Assembly (NCBI GenBank): GCA_963729045.1 | Contig: CAVSMN010000009.1 | Span: 96,001 to 160,000, forward strand | Source: an uncultured Nitrososphaeraceae archaeon | GTDB taxonomy: Archaea; Thermoproteota; Nitrososphaeria; Nitrososphaerales; Nitrososphaeraceae | Length of the DNA stretch: 64,000 bases | Direction: 5' to 3' | Part shown: in pieces, positions 1-9,833 of the stretch | Layout of the letters: every line of letters starts with the position of its first letter | Numbering within the stretch: position 1 is the stretch's first letter | Notes under the pieces: model-generated | Told to the model about the DNA's origin: nothing | The model's database searches: none | What the model saw: only the letters and a program-made list of their open reading frames with translations | Program-made: the position numbers and the translations under genes

Positions 1-801
1 AGCAATTATCCTTAAATTAGAAATATCAGAAATTAATCCTAGATTCATTATTTCTTCAAATCCTTTACAAATGGCATTCAACATAGCTCCACTTCCTACT
101 GGAATTACTAGTACATCAGGGACGGTCCAATTCAATTGTTCCAATACTTCAAACGCTAGTGTTTTAGAGCCTTCGACGTAGTAAGGTCGCATATTTATAT
201 TTACAATTCCATAACCATTAGAATCTCCAATTACTGAAGCAATCCTATTAGCATCATCATAGGTACCATCTACCGCTACAAATTTGCCTCCGTATGACAA
301 AGCTTGTGCGATTTTAACATCTTCTATGTCAGAGGGGGCGAAAATGTAACAAGGTAAATTTGCCTTTGCTGCATGAGCGGCGGTAGCAGATGCGAGATTT
401 CCAGTAGATGCACAACCCACGGCAGATAAATTCATCTCTTTAGCTTTTGATACTGCAACCCCTGCTGGCCTATCCTTAAAAGAGAAAGTTGGATTTACAG
501 AATCGTTTTTAATGTATAAATTCTTAAATCCGCCAAGACTATTACCCAAATTATCTGCTTTTTGTAACGGAGTGATCGCACCATTTAAACTGACTATATT
601 TTTCTTATCTTCTATCGGAAGAATTTCAAAATATCGCCAATAAGTTAAATCTGAACGACTTTCAAATGTATTCTTAGTAATGGTAGTATCTATTTTATAT
701 TGGACATCCAATGGCCCAAAGCAATCCTCACAGATATATATAAACCTTGGGGAATACTCTTTATTGCATTCTCTGCATTTTAGTGCACTTATAATTCCCA
801 T
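1..801 (-). CDS. thrC: Threonine synthase (runs off window start)
   Basis: Manual translation from ATG at 801: MGIISALKCRECNKEY...NPTFSFKDR...CASTGNLASA, i.e. the PLP-lysine motif of fold-type II synthases. Not in the ORF track because it is partial. Confidence 0.9.
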   Translation of the reverse strand, partial: MGIISALKCRECNKEYSPRFIYICEDCFGPLDVQYKIDTTITKNTFESRSDLTYWRYFEILPIEDKKNIVSLNGAITPLQKADNLGNSLGGFKNLYIKNDSVNPTFSFKDRPAGVAVSKAKEMNLSAVGCASTGNLASATAAHAAKANLPCYIFAPSDIEDVKIAQALSYGGKFVAVDGTYDDANRIASVIGDSNGYGIVNINMRPYYVEGSKTLAFEVLEQLNWTVPDVLVIPVGSGAMLNAICKGFEEIMNLGLISDISNLRIIA

Positions 802-881
802 TATTTCTGAATACAAAAGAACAATATGATAGATAAATCTCTCTAAATAATATTTAGTATTACTTAACTATTAGGAATCAA

Positions 882-1226
882 TCAGCCTAATTCATTATGA
901 AAACACGAACGATTTCCTGTATGACAGGCAGGTTTCATAGAATTAACCAGATATAATAATGCATCAGAATCACAATCAACTAATATTTTTTCTACTGGTT
1001 GAATATTCCCCGATTCTTCACCTTTCATCCACAATCTATTATGAGAAGTACTCCAAAAATGTGCATTTCCAGTTTCAACGGTTTTGGTTAAGGCGTACTT
1101 ATTTGCATACCCAAGCATCAAAATATCTTTAGTTCTTATATCTTGAACCACTACAGGGATGATTCCATTTCGTTTTTCAAAATCGATTTTATCTATGGTT
1201 TTTAACAACCTGAAATATTGGATCAA
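882..1226 (-). CDS. hisI: Phosphoribosyl-AMP cyclohydrolase
   Basis: Motifs LWMKGEESGN, DCDSDAL, ACHTGNRSCF. Confidence 0.95.
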   Translation of the reverse strand: MIQYFRLLKTIDKIDFEKRNGIIPVVVQDIRTKDILMLGYANKYALTKTVETGNAHFWSTSHNRLWMKGEESGNIQPVEKILVDCDSDALLYLVNSMKPACHTGNRSCFHNELG

Positions 1227-1324
1227 AAAGGTATAAGAATTTTCTATAATACTAAAATTTACTCCTAAATCTTTGGGGTATTTTTATTAAATAGTATGAG
1301 ATACTCATTAAAATAAAGACATAA

Positions 1325-2713
1325 TTGTTGCTAATGAATAATTGGAATAAACCTAGTGACGAGAAAACTCTGCATATAGGATTTGATGACACTGATTCAA
1401 TAAATGGAAGATGTACTACTCACCTATCTTATTTAATATCAAATATGTTAATAAGAAAATTTCAGGTAGAATTTGTTGATTTTCCACTATTAATAAGACT
1501 AAATCCTAATGTTCCTCTTAAAACTAGAGGAAATGGTGCAGTCTGTTTAAGAATAAGAGGTAGAAATTATGAAAAAATCAAAGAGGAGATCACTTATACC
1601 ATAGAAAACTATTCCGAATTAGAAAACGGGGCTAATCCGGGTTTAGTTTTTTATGAAGGGAATGGCATTGGCAAAGACTTGACATCGTTTAGTGAAAGTG
1701 CTATGGATACCATATTAAGTAAACAACTAGCCATAAAAATAGCGAATAAGAATGATATGCAATTCAGCATTTTTGGAAAAGGATATGGAATTGTAGGTGC
1801 GCTTGCAGCAACAGGTTGTCTTTTAGATTCGGATCATACATTCGAAACAATTGCATACAGAAGTAAAGAAAATATCGGAACTAGCAGAAAAACAGATAAC
1901 CTTAAAGTAAAAAAATTAAGCGAGCAATCATATCCATATACCTACAATAATTTTGACATTAAAAATAATAGGATACTAATTACCCCTCGTGGGCCTGACC
2001 CAGTGTTTTGTGGTATTAGAGGAGAAGACCCATTTATAACCACATTATTTCTGAAAAACTTGTGTATCGAAGAAGAATTACACGGCTATATGATATTCAG
2101 ATCAAATCAAGGAACGAATTTACATCTAGTCAAAGAGAACAGTGGAATTAACATTAAACCATATACCTCAGGACGTATAACTTGTCAAGTTGTATCTACA
2201 CCATCCGTAATTAATGGTGGACATGTAATATTCAAAATAAAGGACGAGTTTGACAGTATCTTACCAGTTGCGGTTTACCAACCTACAGGTCTAACAAAGA
2301 TTGCAAGCATGTTAATAATTGGAGATAGGATCGAGGTAGGGTATGGCTCACATCTAAAATCAAATAATCAAATTACACTTAACCTAGAATACCTCATAAT
2401 CAAAGAATTAGCAAGAGTGTATAACATTAGAAATCCCACTTGCGAGAAGTGTTCTAAAAATATGAAATCAGAGGGAAAGAATAAAGGATATCAATGTCAT
2501 ATTTGTAAAACAAGAATTAGAAATAGTGTAAAAATGAAGACGGAAAAGGATAGAAAACTAAAGTCGGGTCTATACATTCCGGAACCTATTGCGCATCGAC
2601 ATCTTACCAAACCATCATCCAGGTATGGTATGGAAAAGCGATTTAATAGTATGGAAATAAAGCAGTTGTTAAAAAGTATAAAATGGATAAAAGATAGCGG
2701 GGGGTTGATTTGA
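1325..2713 (+). CDS. tiaS: tRNA(Ile2) agmatinylcytidine synthase
   Basis: GFDDTDS, CTTH, LIRLNPNVPLKTRGNGA, GPDPVFCGIRG, SNQGT, OB-fold region, Zn ribbon and HRHLTKP. Confidence 0.93.
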   Translation: MLLMNNWNKPSDEKTLHIGFDDTDSINGRCTTHLSYLISNMLIRKFQVEFVDFPLLIRLNPNVPLKTRGNGAVCLRIRGRNYEKIKEEITYTIENYSELENGANPGLVFYEGNGIGKDLTSFSESAMDTILSKQLAIKIANKNDMQFSIFGKGYGIVGALAATGCLLDSDHTFETIAYRSKENIGTSRKTDNLKVKKLSEQSYPYTYNNFDIKNNRILITPRGPDPVFCGIRGEDPFITTLFLKNLCIEEELHGYMIFRSNQGTNLHLVKENSGINIKPYTSGRITCQVVSTPSVINGGHVIFKIKDEFDSILPVAVYQPTGLTKIASMLIIGDRIEVGYGSHLKSNNQITLNLEYLIIKELARVYNIRNPTCEKCSKNMKSEGKNKGYQCHICKTRIRNSVKMKTEKDRKLKSGLYIPEPIAHRHLTKPSSRYGMEKRFNSMEIKQLLKSIKWIKDSGGLI

Positions 2714-2811
2714 ACTTACGGCTGGCTTTAAAGGCACAGAAACCGCTCTGCGGGTTATGAGCCCGCCGGGATAACCTAGCCCCTAAAAAGGTCTGGCTTC
2801 CCCACCCCGCT
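2695..2811 (-). tRNA. Initiator tRNA-Met(CAT) with two non-canonical introns (D-loop 2776-2792; T-stem 2716-2740)
   Basis: Reverse complement folds as AGCGGGG/CCCCGCT acceptor (A1:U72), GCGGG-CTCATAA-CCCGC anticodon arm and GGTTG-TTCAAAT-CAACC T arm after removing two BHB-flanked inserts; mature length 75 nt. Confidence 0.88.
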
Positions 2812-3244
2812 AAATAATATTGGTAATATAAGGAGTATATATACGGTATAGATGAATGAATTGAATCGAGACCAAGCAAAAGGCAAAGAGATTCATTTCC
2901 GGTTTTTTATTTGCGAGACTATGTCTTGTTAGTTTATTATAAGCATATCAAAATTATTTGATACAAGTGCATTATTCTAATTACAACATACGAATTTGAA
3001 TAAAATAAAACACATAGTTAAAACGTTTAAAGTGCACTACAAACTAACTGTCGTGTTGCTATTCTGAAATATCTATTTGATAAGACGTCAACAATTAATT
3101 AGTTTATTATCGTAACTTTGTCATCTTTCATGGCCAAATAATCACTGCATTTGTTAAAGGAGTATATGATCATCTTAAAGTCACATTAGTTATAGGCAAT
3201 GGAAAAGGCTTGGATAGGAATAAAAAAGAAACTTAAGTTTCTAG

Positions 3245-3363
3245 TGCGGGAGATGGGATTTGAACCCACGGACCCCTAAGAGATGAGGTATCTCAATTAT
3301 CCTGGTTTCTGAGCTTCGTGTTTTAAACATCTCACGCCTTTGACCAGGCTTGGCAACTCCCGC
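3245..3363 (-). tRNA. tRNA-Leu(CAG) with two introns (30/31 at 3315-3330; 37/38 at 3290-3307)
   Basis: GCGGGAG/CTCCCGC acceptor, Leu-type D arm and long variable arm; anticodon arm TGAGG-CTCAGAA-CCTCA after removing two BHB-like inserts. Confidence 0.85.
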
Positions 3364-3414
3364 ATAAAATATTTTTAAAAAGCCCAACATATATTCTAAT
3401 AAAAAATGAAAAGA

Positions 3415-4341
3415 TCATTCCATTTCAGCTCCACCGACAAGATTTACGAAAATATCATCTAATGTGATAGGAGATACAGAAAATGACAAATTATTACGAA
3501 CCAAAATATCAGATATTTCTCTTAGATGATGCTCAAAAGTAAATAATCTTATAGAGTCAGAACTCATACTAATTGTCTTCCCAAAAGAATTAATGAAGTT
3601 TCTTAAATCATAAACATTATAATCCTTTGATATGTTAATGTCAATCCTTATTTGATAATTTAGAGTATTTCTCAAATCGTTCATGTTGCCTCTAGAAACA
3701 ACCCTACCTTCATCAATAATGAATATGGAATCAGACAACATTTCGGCTTCGTCCATATAATGAGTAGTCAAAATAATTGTTATTCCTTTATTTTTCCAAT
3801 CTTTTATGATAGACCATACCTGTCGTCGTGATACTGGATCCAAACCTATAGTAGGTTCATCCAAAAATAGCAAAGGTGATTCAGTTGCCATGGCCATCCC
3901 AACTAAAATTTTCTGTTTCATTCCTCCCGATAGATTCAACGCAGGAATATCTTTTGCAGAAAAGAGATCAAGTCTTTGTAATATGTCAGATGTTTTCTGC
4001 GATGCGGACTCTTTCTTTTCGCCTCGTATCCTCAGCCAATTATAAATATGATCCCACGGAGTTAATGCGCGTAAGGGTCTTCCTTCCTGTGGAACTATAG
4101 AAATTTTTTGACGTATTTTTTCTGGAGACTGGAGTATATCGTCACCGAACACTAATATCTTTCCAGATGTGGGTAACAATTGAGTAGAACAAATACGTAT
4201 AAAGGTAGTTTTTCCGGCCCCATTTCTTCCCAATAATGTAGATATCTTTCCTTTTTCGATTTGTAAAGAGATATCATTTAATGCCTTTTTATTGGAATTT
4301 TTGTATATTTTACTTACATTAAAAGATTCTATTGCTATCAT
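3415..4341 (-). CDS. ABC transporter ATP-binding protein (DrrA/multidrug-type)
   Basis: Walker A GRNGAGKT, LSGGMKQ signature, FLDEPTIGLD, TTHYMDEAE. Confidence 0.9.
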   Translation of the reverse strand: MIAIESFNVSKIYKNSNKKALNDISLQIEKGKISTLLGRNGAGKTTFIRICSTQLLPTSGKILVFGDDILQSPEKIRQKISIVPQEGRPLRALTPWDHIYNWLRIRGEKKESASQKTSDILQRLDLFSAKDIPALNLSGGMKQKILVGMAMATESPLLFLDEPTIGLDPVSRRQVWSIIKDWKNKGITIILTTHYMDEAEMLSDSIFIIDEGRVVSRGNMNDLRNTLNYQIRIDINISKDYNVYDLRNFINSFGKTISMSSDSIRLFTFEHHLREISDILVRNNLSFSVSPITLDDIFVNLVGGAEME

Positions 4342-4376
4342 ATAGTATTGATCTAAATTTGTACGAAAAATAGTTT

Positions 4377-5510
4377 TTATAGTTCATTTTTTTTGAATTC
4401 CTTTGACAAATCTTTTAATAGATTTTTTTGGGTATCATTAATCTTATCAGGCAATTTTACTTCGATTTTTACGTATTGGCTCCCTCTTCCAAATTTTCCA
4501 TATCTTGGCAAACCTTTTCCTTTGATTTTAAAAACAGCATTAGCTTTGGTACAAGCAGGAATTTTCAATTTTTCAGTTCCATCTATGGTTGGAACCCTTG
4601 TTTCCGTTCCTAATATCAAGTCAATAAATGAAACATCATAATTATACATCAAATCTCCATCATCAAGTACTTTAAAAAGTTGATGCGGGAGTACATGTAC
4701 ACGTACCAATAAATCACCATTCATTCCACCTTGAATACTTTCTCCTTTTCCAGAAATTCTTAGTGTTACTCCGTCCTCAACACCAGAGGGTATATCGATC
4801 TTTAGATTATTTGTTTTTCTAACTTTACCATTACCATGACAAGTATTACAAGGTTTTTCTATTATTTTACCTTCTCCGTGGCAGGTATTACAGGTATCTA
4901 ACGAAATAAAGGTGGAAAACTGATTTTGGTTATAAACTCTGCGGGTTTGTCCTTGGCCGTTACATGTAGGACAAATTTTTGGTGAAGTTCCTGGGGAAGC
5001 ACCTGTCCCCGAACAAACCGAACAGTCTTCGATTGTTGGAATTTGTATCTCTTCCTTCTTACCTTTAACTACTTCCTCTAAAGTCATGTCTACGTCATAC
5101 AGTAAATCTCTGCCTCTTTGTCTTCTGTTTGAGGTTCTGGAATTGAAGCTAAATGGATCATTATTAAAACCACCGCCTCTACCGCCGCCCATTCTACCAA
5201 AAATCTGTTCAAAAATATCGCCTACATTACCAAAGCCAATATCTTTAAAAATTTCTGCGAAATTGTCTTCAGATCCCCTAAATACTTCCTCATTACCCAC
5301 ATGACCGTATGTATCATATCGTTTACGTTTCTCCTGATCGGATAGTACAGCATATGCTTCAGAAATTTCTTTGAATTTTTCTTCTGCTTCAGGCGATTTA
5401 TTACGATCGGGGTGATATTTTAACGCAAGTTTTCTATATACAGATTTTAACTCATCCTTAGTAACAGTTTTTTGAACTCCAAGTACATCATAATAATCTT
5501 TTTTACTCAT
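4377..5510 (-). CDS. dnaJ: Chaperone DnaJ
   Basis: J domain HPD, G/F-rich region, four CxxCxGxG repeats. Confidence 0.97.
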   Translation of the reverse strand: MSKKDYYDVLGVQKTVTKDELKSVYRKLALKYHPDRNKSPEAEEKFKEISEAYAVLSDQEKRKRYDTYGHVGNEEVFRGSEDNFAEIFKDIGFGNVGDIFEQIFGRMGGGRGGGFNNDPFSFNSRTSNRRQRGRDLLYDVDMTLEEVVKGKKEEIQIPTIEDCSVCSGTGASPGTSPKICPTCNGQGQTRRVYNQNQFSTFISLDTCNTCHGEGKIIEKPCNTCHGNGKVRKTNNLKIDIPSGVEDGVTLRISGKGESIQGGMNGDLLVRVHVLPHQLFKVLDDGDLMYNYDVSFIDLILGTETRVPTIDGTEKLKIPACTKANAVFKIKGKGLPRYGKFGRGSQYVKIEVKLPDKINDTQKNLLKDLSKEFKKNEL

Positions 5511-5634
5511 AACAAATCACAAAAATAATTAAGTGTGGAATTATTCTCTTAATCAAGTATTATTTGATTTATTGGCGGCGGTGGCGTCTTCCGCAGCAGC
5601 AGCAGACTTAGGATCGTTATTTTCAGGATTTTGA

Positions 5635-7467
5635 TTAAAAGTTACTATCACTTGGAGGTGGAGTATCAGACCCCACATCCCCTGGGTTTGAAGCGTTAGC
5701 AGCATTTTGTTGAACGGCCTGATATGCAGCTGTACTTATTTCAGCTAATGCGTTCTTTAAATCAGTTATTTTTGTTTTTATGGCGTCCACATTATTGGCT
5801 GTTATCGATTCTTTTAATTCCTGGATTGATTTATTTACTTTATCCTTTTGTTCTGGAGTTACTTTATCTTTTAAGTCTTGATTAATCAATTTTTCTGCAG
5901 AATATAGTAAATTGTCTGATTCATTTTTTAATTCTGCTTCTTCTCGTTTCTTTTTATCTACTTCAGCAAATGCATCCGAATCTTTCTTTAATTTTTCGAT
6001 TTCTTCTTTAGATAATTTAGAGCTTGCAGATATAGTAATCTTTGATTCTTTGGATGTAGCAAGATCTTTGGCGGTCACGTTCAAAATTCCGTTGGTATCG
6101 ATATCAAATGTGACCTCTATTTGTGGAACACTTCTGGGAGCAGGAGGTATACCCGACAAATTAAACATGCCTAGTGAAACACAATCAGAAGCCATAGTTC
6201 TCTCACCCTGGACTACATGGATTGTTACTGCGGTCTGATAATCTGCAGCGGTAGTGAATACCTTACTCTTTTTGGTAGGAATAGTAGTATTTCGTTCAAT
6301 TAGAGTTTCTTTAAGTCCACCCATAACCTCCACACCAAGAGTCAAAGGAGTAACATCAACCAACAAAATATCAGTAGATACTTCACCTGAAATTATTGCA
6401 CCTTGAATTGCAGCTCCCAACGCAACTGCTTCCATTGGATCAACACCACGTTCAGGTTCTTTGTTCATGACAGATTTTACAAATTCTCTTACTATTGGCA
6501 TTCGAGTAGGGCCCCCAACCAAAACTATTTTTTCGATATCTGAAGCTGACAATTTTGCATCCTTGATAGATTGTAGCATTGGATTTCTACATCGTTCTAC
6601 TACAGGACGCAATAATTCCTCCAATTTTGCTCTATTCAAAGGAATGGCAAAGTTCTTTGGACCAGTAGATTGATCGTATGCCAAAAATGGTAGGTTTATT
6701 TCCGTGGTGACTATATTTGATAATTCGATTTTTGCCTTTTCTGCAGCTTCTCTAACCCTCATCATCGCTGCTTTATCATTTTTGATGTCTATTCCAGATT
6801 GGTTTTTAAATTCATTTACAAGATAATCTATCAAAATATTATCCATATCTGTGCCACCAAGTTGAGTATCACCTGAAGTGCTCTTTACCTCAAATACACC
6901 ACCACCCATTTCCATAATGGTAACATCTAAGGTCCCTCCTCCAAAATCAAAGACCATAATTTTAAGATCATGGTGGACTTTATCTAATCCAAATGCTAGT
7001 GAAGCAGCGGTGGGTTCATTAATTATCCTTACTACTTCTAGTCCGGCAATTTCTCCAGCATCTTTTGTTGCTTGTCTCTGATTGTCATTAAAGTAAGCAG
7101 GAACAGTAATTACAGCTTTATCGACCGTATCGCCAAGAAATGCTTCAGCATCCTTCTTGATTTTTTGAAGAATAAATGCAGATACTTGTTGTGGAGTATA
7201 TTCTTTCCCCAATGCTTTAAATTTGTAATCAGTACCCATTTTCCTTTTAGCGGCAATAACAGTTCCCTCAGGATTTGAAAGCATTTGACGTCTGGCAGGT
7301 TCCCCAACCATTAATTGACCATCTTGCGAAAATGCAACTACTGATGGAAAGGCTTTCCCTCCTATTGAGGCGCCTTCAGCAGCTTGTATTATAACTGGCT
7401 TTCCACCGATCAAAGAAGCAGCGGCAGAATTACTAGTTCCTAAATCAATTCCTATTATTTTTCCCAT
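5635..7467 (-). CDS. dnaK: Chaperone DnaK (C-terminus may extend to 5553 if an extra T at 5637-5640 is an error)
   Basis: [34 protein letters not shown]. Confidence 0.97.
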   Translation of the reverse strand: MGKIIGIDLGTSNSAAASLIGGKPVIIQAAEGASIGGKAFPSVVAFSQDGQLMVGEPARRQMLSNPEGTVIAAKRKMGTDYKFKALGKEYTPQQVSAFILQKIKKDAEAFLGDTVDKAVITVPAYFNDNQRQATKDAGEIAGLEVVRIINEPTAASLAFGLDKVHHDLKIMVFDFGGGTLDVTIMEMGGGVFEVKSTSGDTQLGGTDMDNILIDYLVNEFKNQSGIDIKNDKAAMMRVREAAEKAKIELSNIVTTEINLPFLAYDQSTGPKNFAIPLNRAKLEELLRPVVERCRNPMLQSIKDAKLSASDIEKIVLVGGPTRMPIVREFVKSVMNKEPERGVDPMEAVALGAAIQGAIISGEVSTDILLVDVTPLTLGVEVMGGLKETLIERNTTIPTKKSKVFTTAADYQTAVTIHVVQGERTMASDCVSLGMFNLSGIPPAPRSVPQIEVTFDIDTNGILNVTAKDLATSKESKITISASSKLSKEEIEKLKKDSDAFAEVDKKKREEAELKNESDNLLYSAEKLINQDLKDKVTPEQKDKVNKSIQELKESITANNVDAIKTKITDLKNALAEISTAAYQAVQQNAANASNPGDVGSDTPPPSDSNF

Positions 7468-8121
7468 TTAAACTTCATCTCCTTTTGTATCCTCTTTATT
7501 ATCATTATCGATATTTTTAATTATCTTTTTGGAAACCTCCACTAAACTCGGACGAAGGACACGATCATTTAATAAATAACCCTTCCTAATTTCCTTAGTA
7601 ATAATATTTTCTTCCGCATCATCTTCAACATAAGAAAATCCTATAATTTCATGAAAGTTAGGATCAAAGACACTATTCAAAGCTTTTATTTCTAAAACAT
7701 TTTCTTTTTCTAAAAAGAGATCAATATTTTTTAGTATATTCGTCAATCCTTCGAGAATTGAAATATCAACTTTATGGTGCTTTAATGTATCTAATGCACG
7801 CATAAAATCTTCGCGTAAATTAACCACGGTTGACAAGATATCGGCCTTCACTGAAAGTATCCTCAAGGCATTTTGTTTTTCAATATTTTTTCTATAATTA
7901 TCGAAATCTGCTAAACTATATTTTAATTTGTTAAATGTGTCGTCATACAATTTTCGATAGTGTTCCAAATCGTCTCTTGTTTCCTTTAATTCGGCAGCCA
8001 TATCTTCAATGGATAATTCAGTTTTTAAATTTTCATTAGATTCATTAGTGTTATCATCTAATAACAGATAATCATTATTTTGATCATTTTTTACTTGATC
8101 TTTGTTTTTAGTTTTATCCAT
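7468..8121 (-). CDS. grpE: Nucleotide exchange factor GrpE
   Basis: ADFDNYRK, FDPNFHE, GYLLNDRVLRPSLV; abuts dnaK. Confidence 0.95.
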   Translation of the reverse strand: MDKTKNKDQVKNDQNNDYLLLDDNTNESNENLKTELSIEDMAAELKETRDDLEHYRKLYDDTFNKLKYSLADFDNYRKNIEKQNALRILSVKADILSTVVNLREDFMRALDTLKHHKVDISILEGLTNILKNIDLFLEKENVLEIKALNSVFDPNFHEIIGFSYVEDDAEENIITKEIRKGYLLNDRVLRPSLVEVSKKIIKNIDNDNKEDTKGDEV

Positions 8122-8230
8122 AATAATAAATTTGGTTAAATCTAATAATTACATATCGATTATAGTGAACCCGGAAGCAAAGAAAATAGGATAAGAATAT
8201 TTTGCATCCAGTTGATATCGCGATTTGCAA

Positions 8231-8662
8231 TCAAGCATAATTACTTTTTATAGAAGATCTGGCACCGCAAGCTTCACATATCATAAAGCCTAACTTTTTA
8301 ATTTTTTCTGTCCTAGTATCTGGGCTACCGCAAACAGGACAAATAACATAGTCCTTTACATATCGATCTATCAAACCTCCGAATGAGGATATAGGTTTTC
8401 TGCCCAAAAAAATAACCCGTTCACCAGTAATATATCCTGCAGATGCTAATTCCTTATTTAAATATAGTAATAATTTTTCAGGATCACGTCTTAATGCCTT
8501 TGGAAAATCCATGAAATTTCTAAAAATTGTTCGTTGGCCAACCCATATTACTCTTGGAACAGGAACTTCAAGTCTGGCAACTTCTTTCTTTACCACATTT
8601 CCCAGTTTATTTTGTAACCTATCTAACAAGGATATATAACCAGATTCATCTTGGATTGACAT
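8231..8662 (-). CDS. eif2b: Translation initiation factor aIF-2 beta subunit
   Basis: TIFRNF, YVICPVCGSPDT, CEACGA zinc ribbon. Confidence 0.93.
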   Translation of the reverse strand: MSIQDESGYISLLDRLQNKLGNVVKKEVARLEVPVPRVIWVGQRTIFRNFMDFPKALRRDPEKLLLYLNKELASAGYITGERVIFLGRKPISSFGGLIDRYVKDYVICPVCGSPDTRTEKIKKLGFMICEACGARSSIKSNYA

Positions 8663-9148
8663 GTTATAGATTACAACAGACCAATTAATGTACGTTGTGA
8701 ATAATAGATCTCTTGCGTAAATAGCAGAAGTTAGCAGTCAGGTAAACACCTTGATGCTTTCTTTCTGTAAATCTTTTATCTTTTATAACTTGATTAACAT
8801 ATTATCCAAGTATATAGTATATAATCGTGGGATTGGATGATGTGAATTTTATTATCGGTATTAATTTGTAATTTTTTGAGAAAAGATAACCTGTGTCGTT
8901 TGAGACACATTCTCTAAATTAATTTTCCTTAATATATCTATATACGGTTCCATTCATAAGCAAATCAAACGGTCAACAACATATTCAACCTCATTTGTAA
9001 GACAATATCGTTTGATTTTTCTTCTTGTATTATCCTTTAATATTATTTAGACAAATTACATATATTCACACATATCTTTTCATAAAAGCTGTTTGGACAT
9101 TACACAAGAGATCTAATAATTAATTTAAATAATTAACAAGTAATAAGA

Positions 9149-9763
9149 TCAGAATACCGATCTATACCCGGATGTATTATTTTGAATTATCCAATCAACA
9201 AATGGATGCAAAGTGTTATAAGGTAAATCAGCAGATTTTTCCACGTTATAGCTTAACATAACCATCCGATTTAACAATAAACTATGTAATTTTTTATCTA
9301 ATTGATCTCTTTTAAAAGGATCATAAATTTCAAAAAAACATTTTTGTCTGTAGTATGAAATATGGTGAGCATAACAATACATAAGCAAAGTAGGGTCTCG
9401 GCTAATCCTTTTATTTATCTCCCTTTCTTCAAATGCAGGGTTATTTTGCATTTCAACATAAATTTGAAGAACCCTTCTTTGATAATTTTCTTTTATCAAT
9501 TCAATATTAGACGGAGATATGTTTTTTGATAGAAAAATGTCACGCTTTAGTTGATCAATAGTTTTTCGTGTGATATCTTTTGCCGATAACACATCTAAAT
9601 CATTTTTGACTCCAAAATCTTTTCCGAAGAGAAAAAAAATTCCTAAAATTTCATGTTGATCGACGAATGGAAAGTCCAAATCGCCATCAAGAAATTTTGA
9701 TAATCTTTCGTAAATGTTACCAGGCAAAAAGAATCCCATATAGGAATCAGAAACTATAGTCAA
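9149..9763 (-). CDS. Hypothetical protein
   Basis: 204-aa ORF co-oriented downstream of mcm; no recognised motif. Confidence 0.7.
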   Translation of the reverse strand: MTIVSDSYMGFFLPGNIYERLSKFLDGDLDFPFVDQHEILGIFFLFGKDFGVKNDLDVLSAKDITRKTIDQLKRDIFLSKNISPSNIELIKENYQRRVLQIYVEMQNNPAFEEREINKRISRDPTLLMYCYAHHISYYRQKCFFEIYDPFKRDQLDKKLHSLLLNRMVMLSYNVEKSADLPYNTLHPFVDWIIQNNTSGYRSVF

Positions 9764-9833
9764 GGCAATTGAAGAGGTAGGTGTATATAATAAATATTTT
9801 TTCGTGTTAGTATTGGTTGTTTATATAAAGTCA

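Noticed and set aside
2643..2879. 78-aa minus-strand ORF
   Set aside because: Overlies the tRNA-iMet gene; shadow ORF
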